The notes below the pieces were generated by a model that saw only the letters and a program-made list of their open reading frames with translations, did not search any database and was not told the DNA's origin. This document shows positions 1-10,017 of a stretch of 63,914 bases of DNA, piece by piece. Each line of letters begins with the position of its first letter. Positions within the stretch are counted from its first letter, which is position 1. The position numbers and the translations under genes were made by a program. Source of the DNA: Verrucomicrobiota bacterium (GTDB taxonomy: Bacteria; Verrucomicrobiota; Kiritimatiellia; Kiritimatiellales; JBHORO01); contig JBHORO010000003.1 in NCBI GenBank assembly GCA_042566005.1, positions 1-63,914 on the forward strand. The letters run 5' to 3'.

Positions 1-309
1 GTTTTCCAGATCGTAATGCTCACGCATTTCCTGCGTGAACATGTGAACCATCATGTTGTTGTAATCCAGCACTACCCAGCCGCTGTCTGCAGAACCGGCC
101 TTGCGATAAGGACGATACCCCGCATTCTTGAAGACGCGCTCCAAGCCGTTCTGGAGGGCCTTGAGGTGCGGCGCCCCGGTTCCGGTGCAGATTACAAAGT
201 AATCAATTGAGTCTGACGCTTCGCGCAGATCCATTACAGCCACATCAGAAGCTTTCTTTTCTTCGATAAAGGTTACTACCTTTTCTACATATTCAGGTGC
301 TTTACTCAT
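1..309 (-). CDS. rsfS: Ribosome silencing factor RsfS (Iojap family), 3'-truncated by window edge
   Basis: Manual translation from ATG at 309: MSKAPEYVEKVVTFIEEKKASDVAVMDL...DYFVICTG...SGWVVLDYNNMMVHMFTQEMREHYDLE. Has the RsfS WxxxDY...VH.F...R..YDLE pattern and follows nadD. Confidence 0.9.
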   Translation of the reverse strand, partial: MSKAPEYVEKVVTFIEEKKASDVAVMDLREASDSIDYFVICTGTGAPHLKALQNGLERVFKNAGYRPYRKAGSADSGWVVLDYNNMMVHMFTQEMREHYDLEN

Positions 310-322
310 AAAATATCCTTCT

Positions 323-952
323 TCATTCTAAATAGAGTTTATTATCACGTATGTACTTGGCAACTTCCGTAGGAACCAGATGCTGTATACTCCTGCCCTC
401 GCGTACATACTCACGAATCATCGTTGATGAAATGTTGAGATTACATGCTTCGGTGCGGTCTGCAAGCAATTGTTGAACCGTCTGTGAATCAAAATGGATG
501 TTTTGGCACAACTGATCAACGTCTATACCCGGTCTGCTGACCGTTATAAAGCGGCACAATTTCATCAATTCATGGATAGATTTCCAGCTATGCAACTGAA
601 CCAAAGAATCGTCGCCAATGATGAAACAGAGCTCACGCGACGGGTCCTCTTCCCGCAAGGCACGGATCGTATCAATCGTATAAGAGACCCCCTGACGCTC
701 CAGCTCTACAGTTGAAATACGGAAACCCGCGTGACCGCCTAATGCCAACTGAAGCATCCGCATTCGCTGCTCAGTTGAAACCTGCTGCTCTCCTTTATGC
801 GGAGGCGTATGAGCAGGAACAAAGAGCACTTCATCCAAATGAAAGTGCTCCGTCGCAGCCCGCGCAATTGCAAGGTGCGCATTGTGTATAGGATTAAAGG
901 TGCCGCCCAGTATTCCCAGACGAGCACCTTTAGATGCAGAATTAACATTCAT
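323..952 (-). CDS. nadD: Nicotinate-nucleotide adenylyltransferase
   Basis: GILGGTFNPIHNAH (HxGH-type), PPHK, SYTIDT, FIIGDD, ISSTMIR. Start set at ATG 952; the ORF track extends to 985. Confidence 0.93.
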   Translation of the reverse strand: MNVNSASKGARLGILGGTFNPIHNAHLAIARAATEHFHLDEVLFVPAHTPPHKGEQQVSTEQRMRMLQLALGGHAGFRISTVELERQGVSYTIDTIRALREEDPSRELCFIIGDDSLVQLHSWKSIHELMKLCRFITVSRPGIDVDQLCQNIHFDSQTVQQLLADRTEACNLNISSTMIREYVREGRSIQHLVPTEVAKYIRDNKLYLE

Positions 953-962
953 CTTATGCAGT

Positions 963-1556
963 TTACAGAATGCTTCTCCATACACGGATCACGTCATCTG
1001 CCTCAATCTTAGGATCCTTATCGGGAGAACGTTCAAGCTCTCTTCCGTTAAAGAAGTATGTATCCGCACCGCGGCTCAGCTGAATCTTCTTCTGATTCGC
1101 GTAGGGAGAATAACCACCAGTTGAAGCAACCGCCTGCAACAGCGTGGTCCCAGAGCTAAGCGGGTAACGACCAGGAGATCGAACTTCACCCCAAACATAA
1201 AAACTCTTCTGCTGCGCAGTAACCGTTACAGAGATGCTGCTTTTATAAATCTCACCATCTACATAGGCTTTATAAATAGCCTTCTCCAACTCAGAGGTCG
1301 TGCGGCCTGCCGCCGCCACCTGGCCGATATACGGCAGGGTGATATTCCCCTGCTCGTCGACTACATCCTCCATACCATCCGCGCCAGCAGGAAGCCCCTT
1401 GAGCTGGACCACAATCGGATCCATCGCCTTCAATCTATAGACAACAACCTTGTTTTTATTCGGCGTTGTAACCTGCGCTTGCTGCGGTGCCGTGGCACAA
1501 CCCACCAGCACGGCGCACAGGACGACCAAAAGAGATGATGTAAACTTCTTAAACAT
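963..1556 (-). CDS. Short polysaccharide export (OPX/Wza-type) lipoprotein, Poly_export + one SLBB domain
   Basis: Lipobox LVGC, VDEQGNITLPYIGQV (PES motif), GEVRSPGRY, TLLQAVASTGG; about 197 aa with no C-terminal helix domain. Confidence 0.85.
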   Translation of the reverse strand: MFKKFTSSLLVVLCAVLVGCATAPQQAQVTTPNKNKVVVYRLKAMDPIVVQLKGLPAGADGMEDVVDEQGNITLPYIGQVAAAGRTTSELEKAIYKAYVDGEIYKSSISVTVTAQQKSFYVWGEVRSPGRYPLSSGTTLLQAVASTGGYSPYANQKKIQLSRGADTYFFNGRELERSPDKDPKIEADDVIRVWRSIL

Positions 1557-1584
1557 GAATTCCCCAATCATTAAACGTTGTTCC

Positions 1585-3669
1585 CTATTCACCCGGAGTT
1601 GATTCAACTGGTGAACTGGAATCATTATAGTAGTAAGACTGATAGTAATAGTAGTAGTCGTCGCGCATCACATTGATATTATTCAATACAACGCCTAACG
1701 TTTTTGTGCCGGACAGATCCAGCAGATGCTTTGCCTTAGCAGCCATATCGCGCGGATATTTACGATACTGAACCACCATGACAGCGCCATCAACCGCAGT
1801 GGCCAAAATGGCAGCATCACTAATGCCGATTACCGGCGGAGCATCGATCATAATAACATCATATCGGTTACGCAGATTACGAATGAGCTCTTTAATACGA
1901 GCCGACTCAAGCAGCCCCATAGATGTCCGCGGCAAGCGGCCTGACGGCAAGAAATGCAGATTCGGAACCGTAGTCGGCTTGATTGTCTCCTCAACCGGCG
2001 CATCACGCAACAGGACGTTCGTCAAACCGAAGCGGTTATCCATATCCAAAATCTTGTGCTGAACCGGACGGCGCATATCGGCATCGATCAGGAGAACCTT
2101 ATCTCCGCGCTGCGCACAGACATACGCCAAGTTAAAGCATGTTGTCGATTTACCTTCACCTGCACCACCAGATGCAACAAGGAAGGCACCATGACTACTA
2201 CCCTCGTTTGTGAAGGTGAGGTTTGTGCGAAGTACGCGATACGCCTCAGCATGCTCGCTCTCTGCACCCTCTTCAACCAACGGGCGAACCTTCTGCGGAA
2301 TCAAACCCAACACCGGCAAGCCGACATAGCGCTCAATATCTTCAGCTGTTTTAACAGACGTGTCGAGGTATTCAATGAAATATGCCAAGCCAACACCCGC
2401 ACCGAAGCCAAGCACCACACTTAAAATAACATTCAAGAACAGATTCGGACTGACCGGGCGGCGAATCGGAATCGCGTCCTCAACCACCTCAACCGGTGTC
2501 CGGGAAATTTCCAGCGTAATGCCTTCCTGCGTCACTCGTGACTTGAGCGCATCCAGAATAACCTGCTGCGTCTCCAACGCACGCTTCGCTTTATTGAACG
2601 GCAAAAGGCGCTCGCGCTGAGTTTGTTTCTCAGCAACCTCCAAGCCTCTCAATTCAGCCTCAAGTGCCTCAACGTTAGCTTTAGCCACTTCATAGTCAGC
2701 ACGCAAACCCTGCTTCAAACCCTTCAAAGCTGTAGCCAATTTGTCTGCCAGCTCGTCGCGGCCCGCCTCAAGTTTCCTCACCTCCGGGTGATTGCGACCA
2801 TAATTTTCAAGCATCAGCTTCAAAGATACGTCCGTATCCAAGACCTGCGAGCGCAAGGACTGAATGTATGTATTACCTACAACAAACTCTGCAGCTGCAA
2901 CCAAATCCGCACCGGAAAGCGACTCCATCTGATCAAGGCGAGCCTTTTTAACAAGCATATCGACTCGAGCCTGGCTGCGATTTCCTTCCAGCTGTTGGAT
3001 GCTGGCAGTATCGATTGTAGTATCAGCACCCAACATTGTTACGCCAAGTTCCTGGCGGATTTTTTCAAGCTCCTGTTCAGCAAGATCTACTTTATCCTGC
3101 TGTTTCTGCAGCTCGCGCTCCAAGTCAGCCAGACCCTTACGCATCTCGTCCTGCTTAACATCCAGGCGAACCTGCTTATAAACATCCGCGACCTCATTTG
3201 CAATGCGTGCCGCCTCATCCGGGTCTTTACTCTCCGCAGAAATAGCAACCAATGAAGTATCACGATGCTGATTTACCGACAGGCTTTTGCGCATCAAAAG
3301 AATAGCGCCTTCAATCGGCAGTTTCTCACCCCTTTTGCCCCACACCTCTTGCAAATTCAGGCGTTCAATCACCTTTTCAGCAATTGGCCGGGACTGAATG
3401 ATATTAAACTGGGTACGCAAAAAATATGGATCGTACACATTACCAGGCATCTGCTGCCCAAACGGATCCACGTCCAAGCGCTCCACATTGACCTTGATCA
3501 AGGCCATAGAGCGGAACATGTTCGGCAGTGTGAGCGTGTATACCGTCCCCGCAATGGCAACGAGCAACGCAACCGCGAGGATAATCTCCTTACGCGATTT
3601 AATTACCCGCCAATAATCCAAAAAGTGCAGCGTCTGAGCGGCAACATTTTCCTGGTTAGTTGATTCCAT
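1585..3669 (-). CDS. Polysaccharide co-polymerase / tyrosine autokinase (Wzc/GumC-CpsD fusion)
   Basis: Two TM segments around a coiled-coil periplasmic domain, EAYRVLRTNL, Walker A GAGEGKST, IDADMRRP, IDAPP, C-terminal Tyr cluster DDYYYYYQSYYY. Confidence 0.92.
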   Translation of the reverse strand: MESTNQENVAAQTLHFLDYWRVIKSRKEIILAVALLVAIAGTVYTLTLPNMFRSMALIKVNVERLDVDPFGQQMPGNVYDPYFLRTQFNIIQSRPIAEKVIERLNLQEVWGKRGEKLPIEGAILLMRKSLSVNQHRDTSLVAISAESKDPDEAARIANEVADVYKQVRLDVKQDEMRKGLADLERELQKQQDKVDLAEQELEKIRQELGVTMLGADTTIDTASIQQLEGNRSQARVDMLVKKARLDQMESLSGADLVAAAEFVVGNTYIQSLRSQVLDTDVSLKLMLENYGRNHPEVRKLEAGRDELADKLATALKGLKQGLRADYEVAKANVEALEAELRGLEVAEKQTQRERLLPFNKAKRALETQQVILDALKSRVTQEGITLEISRTPVEVVEDAIPIRRPVSPNLFLNVILSVVLGFGAGVGLAYFIEYLDTSVKTAEDIERYVGLPVLGLIPQKVRPLVEEGAESEHAEAYRVLRTNLTFTNEGSSHGAFLVASGGAGEGKSTTCFNLAYVCAQRGDKVLLIDADMRRPVQHKILDMDNRFGLTNVLLRDAPVEETIKPTTVPNLHFLPSGRLPRTSMGLLESARIKELIRNLRNRYDVIMIDAPPVIGISDAAILATAVDGAVMVVQYRKYPRDMAAKAKHLLDLSGTKTLGVVLNNINVMRDDYYYYYQSYYYNDSSSPVESTPGE

Positions 3670-3736
3670 GCTTCCCCTTTCTAAAACGAGACGGCGAGGT
3701 AAACCTCGCCTCTCTTACACGTACTACGTCAGTTGT

Positions 3737-5326
3737 TTAAAATTTAACAGTCCAACCAAGATCGAACTGATGACGATCGTAGTCAGCCGAATTATCACGA
3801 TCTGTTTTGCGGAATTTGTATCCTGCATCCACAGCGTGAACTCGGTTGATTTCATACGTCAACTTAGTGCCGAAGTCAGTATATGTCGTTTCAGTTTCGC
3901 CGCCGACGGTTATGAATTCAACAGAATAAGTATTCTCAGAGCGACCGACTTTTGCATCCAAAGATATTTTTTCAGTGAAGCTGTGGCGACCATTCAGCTC
4001 AAAGCGAAGACTTTCTGAGCCCACAGAAGCACTCTCAGTAACATCCTCGTTATAGTAATATTTCACGAGTCCCGTAAGCGTAGTTCTCGGGGAGAAATAA
4101 TACGTTACCTGACCATTAACGTACGGCACCACCTTATCATCTGTACCGGCTCCGTCAGGATCAACAAACGATGCACCACCCGTAACAGAAAACAGAACAT
4201 CCGGATTCACCTGGTGGTTCACGCCAGCGCTGACAAAAACAGTAGAGTCGCCACGGCCGTCAGCTGATTTATCAAAATCCTTACAGCTGTAATCCAGACC
4301 AGCAGAACCGAACGTGCGTTCGCTCAGATCCTTTTTGTACGACGTACCAATCTTGAACAACTCATAATCGGATACCTCAGCGTCTGACTCGCTGTAACGT
4401 TTGAAGGTACTGGAAGCAGAAACAGAAAGGCGCGCGTTATCACGCATCACTCGATCCAGGCTCAACTCGGCAGTATTCTTCCAGTAAGAGTTATCATCAA
4501 GATCACCCGCGACCGTAGCATCTTCATCCTCCTGGAACTTGAAAGTGTCCTTAAAACGGACGGTGCTACGCTCAGAAAGCTCGTGAGAAAGCATACCAAT
4601 AAAATCCTGGTAAACTTCCACATCACCTTTTTTCTTATTCGGGCTAACCGTCAGAGTCGGCTTATAAGACACCTGCGCAGCCGTACGAGCAGAACTCGCA
4701 CTCAGGCTCAAACTCAGAGCATCACGATAAACCATTCCGCTTTTTTCGCGCGAATCAGAGTAGATGTTGCTGTCATGGCCAACGGAAAGACGATTGCTAA
4801 CTTCCCATGAAGAACGATTAATATCGAAGAGACCAGCCAGGAAAGATTCTTCCTCTGAAGCCAGCGCCGGAGCTTCAACAGCCGGAGCCGCCGGAGCAGA
4901 AATACCCATAATTGAGCGAGCCTCGGCCGTAACCTGTGAAACCTGCTCCTGATAACGGGAACCTTCAACAACCACACGAATACCGAGTTCAGCAGCATCA
5001 AAATTCTTTTCGCCAGCACCTTTCAGGATAGCCGCCGAGACCCACTTAACCGCGCGTTCATCCCCAGTCGCGACTGCACCAGTCATCAACTGTTCGGCAA
5101 CTTTCATAACTTCTTCCGCAGAAGCCCCGCCGTTCAAAGACTGACCTTCCAGAATCTGCATTGCTTCAACAGCAGATGCTTTTGCATTTCCACCCGCTAG
5201 CGCATCATTATAAGTGTCCATTGATGCTGCCATCGAATGATCCACCATACCCAAAACCGCACAAAGCGCAAACGCGCTAACCATGCCGTATTTACGAAAA
5301 CTACCTGATACATACTGACTACTCAT
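3737..5326 (-). CDS. Outer-membrane beta-barrel protein of the EPS-export-associated type, with N-terminal helical extension
   Basis: Signal peptide, GHDSNIY at barrel start, alternating beta-strand pattern, terminal WTVKF; GGAGG RBS before ATG 5326; adjacent to PCP and OPX genes. Confidence 0.72.
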   Translation of the reverse strand: MSSQYVSGSFRKYGMVSAFALCAVLGMVDHSMAASMDTYNDALAGGNAKASAVEAMQILEGQSLNGGASAEEVMKVAEQLMTGAVATGDERAVKWVSAAILKGAGEKNFDAAELGIRVVVEGSRYQEQVSQVTAEARSIMGISAPAAPAVEAPALASEEESFLAGLFDINRSSWEVSNRLSVGHDSNIYSDSREKSGMVYRDALSLSLSASSARTAAQVSYKPTLTVSPNKKKGDVEVYQDFIGMLSHELSERSTVRFKDTFKFQEDEDATVAGDLDDNSYWKNTAELSLDRVMRDNARLSVSASSTFKRYSESDAEVSDYELFKIGTSYKKDLSERTFGSAGLDYSCKDFDKSADGRGDSTVFVSAGVNHQVNPDVLFSVTGGASFVDPDGAGTDDKVVPYVNGQVTYYFSPRTTLTGLVKYYYNEDVTESASVGSESLRFELNGRHSFTEKISLDAKVGRSENTYSVEFITVGGETETTYTDFGTKLTYEINRVHAVDAGYKFRKTDRDNSADYDRHQFDLGWTVKF

Positions 5327-5436
5327 TGAAACGCCTCCTATTAACAAATGACTCATATTTCTAAACTTTATCAGTTCTTTCTGCAAGTAACATTTTACAA
5401 TCAATTAACATTCTTAAAGGCCAAGCCCTCAATACA

Positions 5437-6246
5437 TCATAAATCATGCGACAAAACTCGCTGCCTGCGCCAGACACACACTCCAAGCAAAACAGCAACA
5501 ACCACCATACACAGAGAGTAAAGCTGCCCCTTCGTCATCCAACCCCAGTACACCGTACTATCCGGCTCACGGAAAAACTCAACCGCGAATCGCACAGACC
5601 CGTACACCAATAAAAACGCAGTACTCAAGGCACCACAACACCTCGCCAAAGCGGACCTGCGAATAACCCACAACACCAGAAACAACAGCAGCCCCTCCCC
5701 CGCAGCTTCATACAACTGCGATGCATGGCGTGGTTGCATATCGCCAGACTGAGGAAAAATGACCGCCCAAGGAACATCTGTCACACGGCCCCATAGCTCG
5801 CCATTAATAAAGTTGGCAATACGCCCGAAGAAAAGCCCGAGCGGCACAACAAAAACCAGATTGTCCATTATGTTCCAGAACGAAAACTCATACTTGCGTG
5901 CATAACAAAACACATAGAGCAGAACCCCAATCATGCCGCCATGACTGGCCATACCACCCTCCCACAGCTTGAAGGGGTATAACGGGTCCTCCAGCACATA
6001 CTGCCATCCATACAACAAGCAATAGCCAAGGCGCCCGCCCAGCAGAACGCCGAACAACGCGAGCCCCATCATAAAGCTCTCAACCTTATTAGACGGAACC
6101 ACGAACACCTTCTGCTTGGAGAAATGATACAAAAGCAAAAAAGCCGCAACAAAACCGGCTACATAGGCAAGGCCGTACCACCGGATACCCACCTCGCCGA
6201 AAAAACGAACCACGAACGGATCCAAATTGTGAACATAATAATCCAT
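5437..6246 (-). CDS. lgt: Prolipoprotein diacylglyceryl transferase
   Basis: IRWYGL, GGRLGY, WEGGMASHGG, GRIANFINGELWGR, RHASQLYE, EFFREPD. Confidence 0.96.
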   Translation of the reverse strand: MDYYVHNLDPFVVRFFGEVGIRWYGLAYVAGFVAAFLLLYHFSKQKVFVVPSNKVESFMMGLALFGVLLGGRLGYCLLYGWQYVLEDPLYPFKLWEGGMASHGGMIGVLLYVFCYARKYEFSFWNIMDNLVFVVPLGLFFGRIANFINGELWGRVTDVPWAVIFPQSGDMQPRHASQLYEAAGEGLLLFLVLWVIRRSALARCCGALSTAFLLVYGSVRFAVEFFREPDSTVYWGWMTKGQLYSLCMVVVAVLLGVCVWRRQRVLSHDL

Positions 6247-6394
6247 GACCGCGAAATACTACAGCCAGCACCTCATTTAGCAATTTAAAACCCGACATAA
6301 CTCCCGAACTGTTTTCAGGCATTGATATTGCTTTGATACCTTCACATGAATAATATTACGCTTTGTTCGGATTTAACCAGATGCAGGAGATTTC

Positions 6395-7462
6395 ATGAAA
6401 AAAACATCCGTCACCTTTCTCAAAGACATGGTCAATGCGGTCAGCCCGTCAGGCTACGAAGGATGCGCCGCCGCCGTCTGGAAGCAGGAGGCTGAGAAAT
6501 TTGCCGATTCAGTGGAAACTGACGTGCACGGAAACAGCCACGCGGTAATCAACAAGGGCGGAAAAGTTAAAGTAATGTTTGCCGGACATTACGACGAAAT
6601 CGGATTTCTGATCACCCACATCGACGACAACGGATTCCTCTGGATCGCCCCGATCGGCGGATGGGACCCTCAGATCGCCCAGGGACAGCGCGTCCAGATT
6701 CTCGGCAAAAAAGGCGTTGTCACCGGAGTGGTCGGCAAACTGGCCATCCACCTGCAGAAACCGGAACAGCGAAAAAAAGTTTCTGAAATCAGCGACCTGT
6801 GGGTCGACATCGGCGTCAAAAACAAAAAGGAAGCCGAAAAACTCGTCTCCATCGGCGACCCGATGGTCATCGCATACGGCTTTGACCAGCTACAGGGCGA
6901 CATCGCCATCGGCCGCGCATTCGACGACCGGGCCGGCGCGTTCGCCATTCTTGAGGCCGCACGCCTGCTGGCAAAAATGGACAGCCAATGCGAAGTTCAC
7001 GCCGTCGCCACCGTACAGGAAGAGATCGGCCTGCGCGGCGCAAAAACCGCCGCGTTCGGAGTTTCGCCCGACATCGGCATCGCCGTCGACGTCACATTCG
7101 CGACCGATCACCCGAGCATCGGCAGCGTCGTCAATCACGAAGGCAAAATTGAAATCGGGAAAGGCCCCGTCATCACACGCGGCCCGAACATCAACCCGAA
7201 ACTTTTCAAGCTGATGGTTGATACGGCCAAAAAAGAGGATATTCCAATCCAGATCGCCGCAGAAGCGCGCGGAACCGGAACCGACGCTAACGCCATCCAG
7301 CTCAACCAGGCAGGCGTGGTCACAGCCCTGGTAAGCATTCCGCTGCGCTACATGCACAGCCCGTGCGAGTTGCTCAGCCTGAAGGACCTCGAAAATGCTT
7401 CAAAACTGTTGGCCGCAACGGTTGCCAACATTACAACCCGCACAAACTTCATTCCGTTTTAA
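6395..7462 (+). CDS. M42 family (TET-like) aminopeptidase
   Basis: SPSGYE, AGHYDEIG, AFDDRAG, VQEEIGLRGA, AVDVT, GTDA, RYMHSP. Confidence 0.92.
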   Translation: MKKTSVTFLKDMVNAVSPSGYEGCAAAVWKQEAEKFADSVETDVHGNSHAVINKGGKVKVMFAGHYDEIGFLITHIDDNGFLWIAPIGGWDPQIAQGQRVQILGKKGVVTGVVGKLAIHLQKPEQRKKVSEISDLWVDIGVKNKKEAEKLVSIGDPMVIAYGFDQLQGDIAIGRAFDDRAGAFAILEAARLLAKMDSQCEVHAVATVQEEIGLRGAKTAAFGVSPDIGIAVDVTFATDHPSIGSVVNHEGKIEIGKGPVITRGPNINPKLFKLMVDTAKKEDIPIQIAAEARGTGTDANAIQLNQAGVVTALVSIPLRYMHSPCELLSLKDLENASKLLAATVANITTRTNFIPF

Positions 7463-8718
7463 TGGCTTATTTCCAATACATAGCCCGCACCAAAAGCGGC
7501 GAAAAACAGGAAGGTCGGCTGGAAGCAGCCGATCGCAGCCTTGCATTGATCCGGCTCGAACAGATGGGACTGTTCCCTATCTCCATCAAAGAAGCCACCG
7601 GAATGAAGTCCGGCCCAAAAGCGAAGACCGCATCCTTTAAAGGCCACCAGTTCAAGTTGCACATGCCCGCACGCAAACACCGCATGCCCATGCGGCTGGT
7701 GCTACTTTTTTCACGCGAGCTCAGCGACCTGCTCAGCTCCGGCATGAAACTCGGCTCAGCGCTACACACCCTTGCAAGCCGCGACAGCGGCCCGGCTCAG
7801 AACGAAATCGCCAAGCATCTACGCGACGAGGTCGTGCAAGGGGTTGCACTCTCAGACGCGCTTATGGCCTACCCCGAAACCTTCCCGCCACTCTTTCAAA
7901 ACATGATCAAAGCCGGTGAGGCGATCGGCTCTCTGCCCGAAACGCTCAACAGCCTCTGCGACCACTACGAGCGCGTGCAGGCAGCCAAAGAAAAAGTGTT
8001 GATGGCCCTGCTCTACCCCGGCATCGTCCTGGGTGCCTGTGCGGTAACACTGGTCGCCATGTCGACATTTGTTATTCCGCGTTTTTCCAAGGTATTCGAG
8101 GACTTGGGCGGCACCCTGCCTGCCCCCACAAAAATGCTGATCCAATCCAGCGAATTTATGCAGCAGCACGGAATCCTCGCACTCATTTTACTCGCCGGGA
8201 TCTGCTACGCTGCCCGCCGCGCCCTGAAAACGGAAAAAGGGAAACTCTGGTGGCATGAGCGCCAATTGAAGTTACCCGCACTCAAAGGCGTGGTTACCGC
8301 CAATGCCTTCGCCAACTTTTCCCGAACACTCGAAACCCTGATCCGCAACGGAGTCCCCATTCTTCAGGCACTGTCCATCGTAGAAAACACCGTCACCAAC
8401 GTAGTTATTGCCAATGCCCTTGCCGTTGCACGCGAGCGCGTAACCGACGGCTCAAGCATTTCCGGACCACTAGCCTCGGCAAATGTTTTCCCTCAAACCC
8501 TGACCGACATGCTCGCGGTCGGCGAAGAGTCCGGCGACCTGCCCGGAGCACTCAGCCACATCAGCCGCCGCTACGAACAGGAGCTCGACCGGAACGTGAA
8601 AATTTTCACCACGGTACTCGAACCATTCATGATCCTATTTGTGGCCATTCTGATCGGCTTTGTCGCGGTCAGCCTGATGCTACCGGTTTTCGACATGACC
8701 AGCGGACTTCAACTCTAA
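7462..8718 (+). CDS. gspF: Type II secretion system platform protein F
   Basis: Start MAYFQY overlaps the M42 stop (TAATG). Two T2SSF repeats (MIKAGEAIGSL; MLAVGEESGDL), LEP, LPVF. Confidence 0.9.
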   Translation: MAYFQYIARTKSGEKQEGRLEAADRSLALIRLEQMGLFPISIKEATGMKSGPKAKTASFKGHQFKLHMPARKHRMPMRLVLLFSRELSDLLSSGMKLGSALHTLASRDSGPAQNEIAKHLRDEVVQGVALSDALMAYPETFPPLFQNMIKAGEAIGSLPETLNSLCDHYERVQAAKEKVLMALLYPGIVLGACAVTLVAMSTFVIPRFSKVFEDLGGTLPAPTKMLIQSSEFMQQHGILALILLAGICYAARRALKTEKGKLWWHERQLKLPALKGVVTANAFANFSRTLETLIRNGVPILQALSIVENTVTNVVIANALAVARERVTDGSSISGPLASANVFPQTLTDMLAVGEESGDLPGALSHISRRYEQELDRNVKIFTTVLEPFMILFVAILIGFVAVSLMLPVFDMTSGLQL

Positions 8719-8732
8719 CAAGGAGAACAAAT

Positions 8733-9131
8733 ATGAATGAACAGCAGCGCAAAAAATCCGGTTTCACATTGATTGAAGTTCTACTCGTTGTAGCCATCAT
8801 CGGCATTCTGGCCGCCATCGCCGTGCCACGACTCGGCGGACGCATGGAACAGTCCCAGATCGCCGCAGCTAAATCGGCCATCAGCAGCCTCGGCTCTGCG
8901 CTCGACCTGTATGAACTGGACAATGGCAAATACCCATCCTCACTGCAGGACCTAGTCAAACAGCCCGGCAGCGCGAAAAACTGGCAGGGCCCCTACCTCA
9001 AAAAAGGTCTGCCGAAAGACCCGTGGGGCAATGACTTCATCTATCAGCATCCCGGCGCACACAACACGCACGGCTACGACCTCTCCTCCAAAGGACCAGA
9101 GGGCGGCAAAACCATTACCAACTGGGAGTAA
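8733..9131 (+). CDS. gspG: Major pseudopilin G
   Basis: GFTLIEVLLVVAIIGILAA prepilin site; LDLYELDNGKYP, WQGPYL, PKDPWG. Confidence 0.93.
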   Translation: MNEQQRKKSGFTLIEVLLVVAIIGILAAIAVPRLGGRMEQSQIAAAKSAISSLGSALDLYELDNGKYPSSLQDLVKQPGSAKNWQGPYLKKGLPKDPWGNDFIYQHPGAHNTHGYDLSSKGPEGGKTITNWE

Positions 9132-9145
9132 TCCGACAGGTGCGA

Positions 9146-9625
9146 ATGGCTACAAACTCCACGAACAGATCCCGTCATGCCTTCTCGCTGATGGAATTGC
9201 TGTTGGTTGTAGCCATCACGCTCATTCTCTCCGCAGTCTCAATCCCGGTTTTTGTCCGCTCACTTGAAGGTAACCAGCTCAAAACCGCCGCGCGCAGCAT
9301 CAACCGGATGCACCGGTACGCACGCGCCATGTCCGTACTCAAAGGTACCGAAATGGCTTTTGAGTACAACTCGACCAACAGGCTGCTGACCGTTTCCGCC
9401 GGCACCAATACCGTCCCGCTGATCAAACGGGAAATCCCGGAAAAGGTGACGCTGGAATCCTTCACGCTGCTGCCTGACGAGGAGCTCGACGAATTCCCGC
9501 CGGTATTTTACAGCACCTCCGGCCAGTGCGTGGACTATGCCATCACACTCACCGACACCCGTGAAAAGCGAATCACTGTCGAAATCGACGGAATCGCCGG
9601 CTCCGCCCGGTTTAAAGACGAATGA
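9146..9625 (+). CDS. Minor pseudopilin, GspH/FimT-like
   Basis: AFSLMELLLVVAI prepilin motif; follows gspG. Confidence 0.8.
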   Translation: MATNSTNRSRHAFSLMELLLVVAITLILSAVSIPVFVRSLEGNQLKTAARSINRMHRYARAMSVLKGTEMAFEYNSTNRLLTVSAGTNTVPLIKREIPEKVTLESFTLLPDEELDEFPPVFYSTSGQCVDYAITLTDTREKRITVEIDGIAGSARFKDE

Positions 9626-10017
9626 AAACCGCAGCCAAAAATGGAATGACCCTGATCGAGGTCCTGCTGGCGATGCTAATTCTCGGAATGAGCATCGGCG
9701 CACTGATGACCAACGCCTCGCGCTGCCTATCCGTTATCCGCAAATCACGACAGTACGAAACTGCACGCCAACTGATTCAGCGTATCGAGCTCGAATATCC
9801 GCTCGATGACGAGGATATTTTCCGTTCGGAAACAGCTGGCAACTTTGATGAATACGAAGAGTATCGCTGGGAGCGCGGAATCGTCGCAATCGACGAAGAG
9901 ACCCGGCCGGGCCTTTTTCAAATCACCACGCGTGTTTACTGGAGCGACCGCAACCGCGATATCTACGAAGAGCTCACAACCCTGCGCTACCTGCCGGATC
10001 AAGGGGGTTTGAAGTGA
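9622..10017 (+). CDS. Minor pseudopilin, GspI-like
   Basis: GMTLIEVLLAMLIL prepilin motif; YRWER; operon order. Confidence 0.8.
   Translation: MKTAAKNGMTLIEVLLAMLILGMSIGALMTNASRCLSVIRKSRQYETARQLIQRIELEYPLDDEDIFRSETAGNFDEYEEYRWERGIVAIDEETRPGLFQITTRVYWSDRNRDIYEELTTLRYLPDQGGLK

Noticed and set aside
16..210. 64-aa plus-strand ORF
   Set aside because: Antisense shadow of rsfS, which has clear family motifs.
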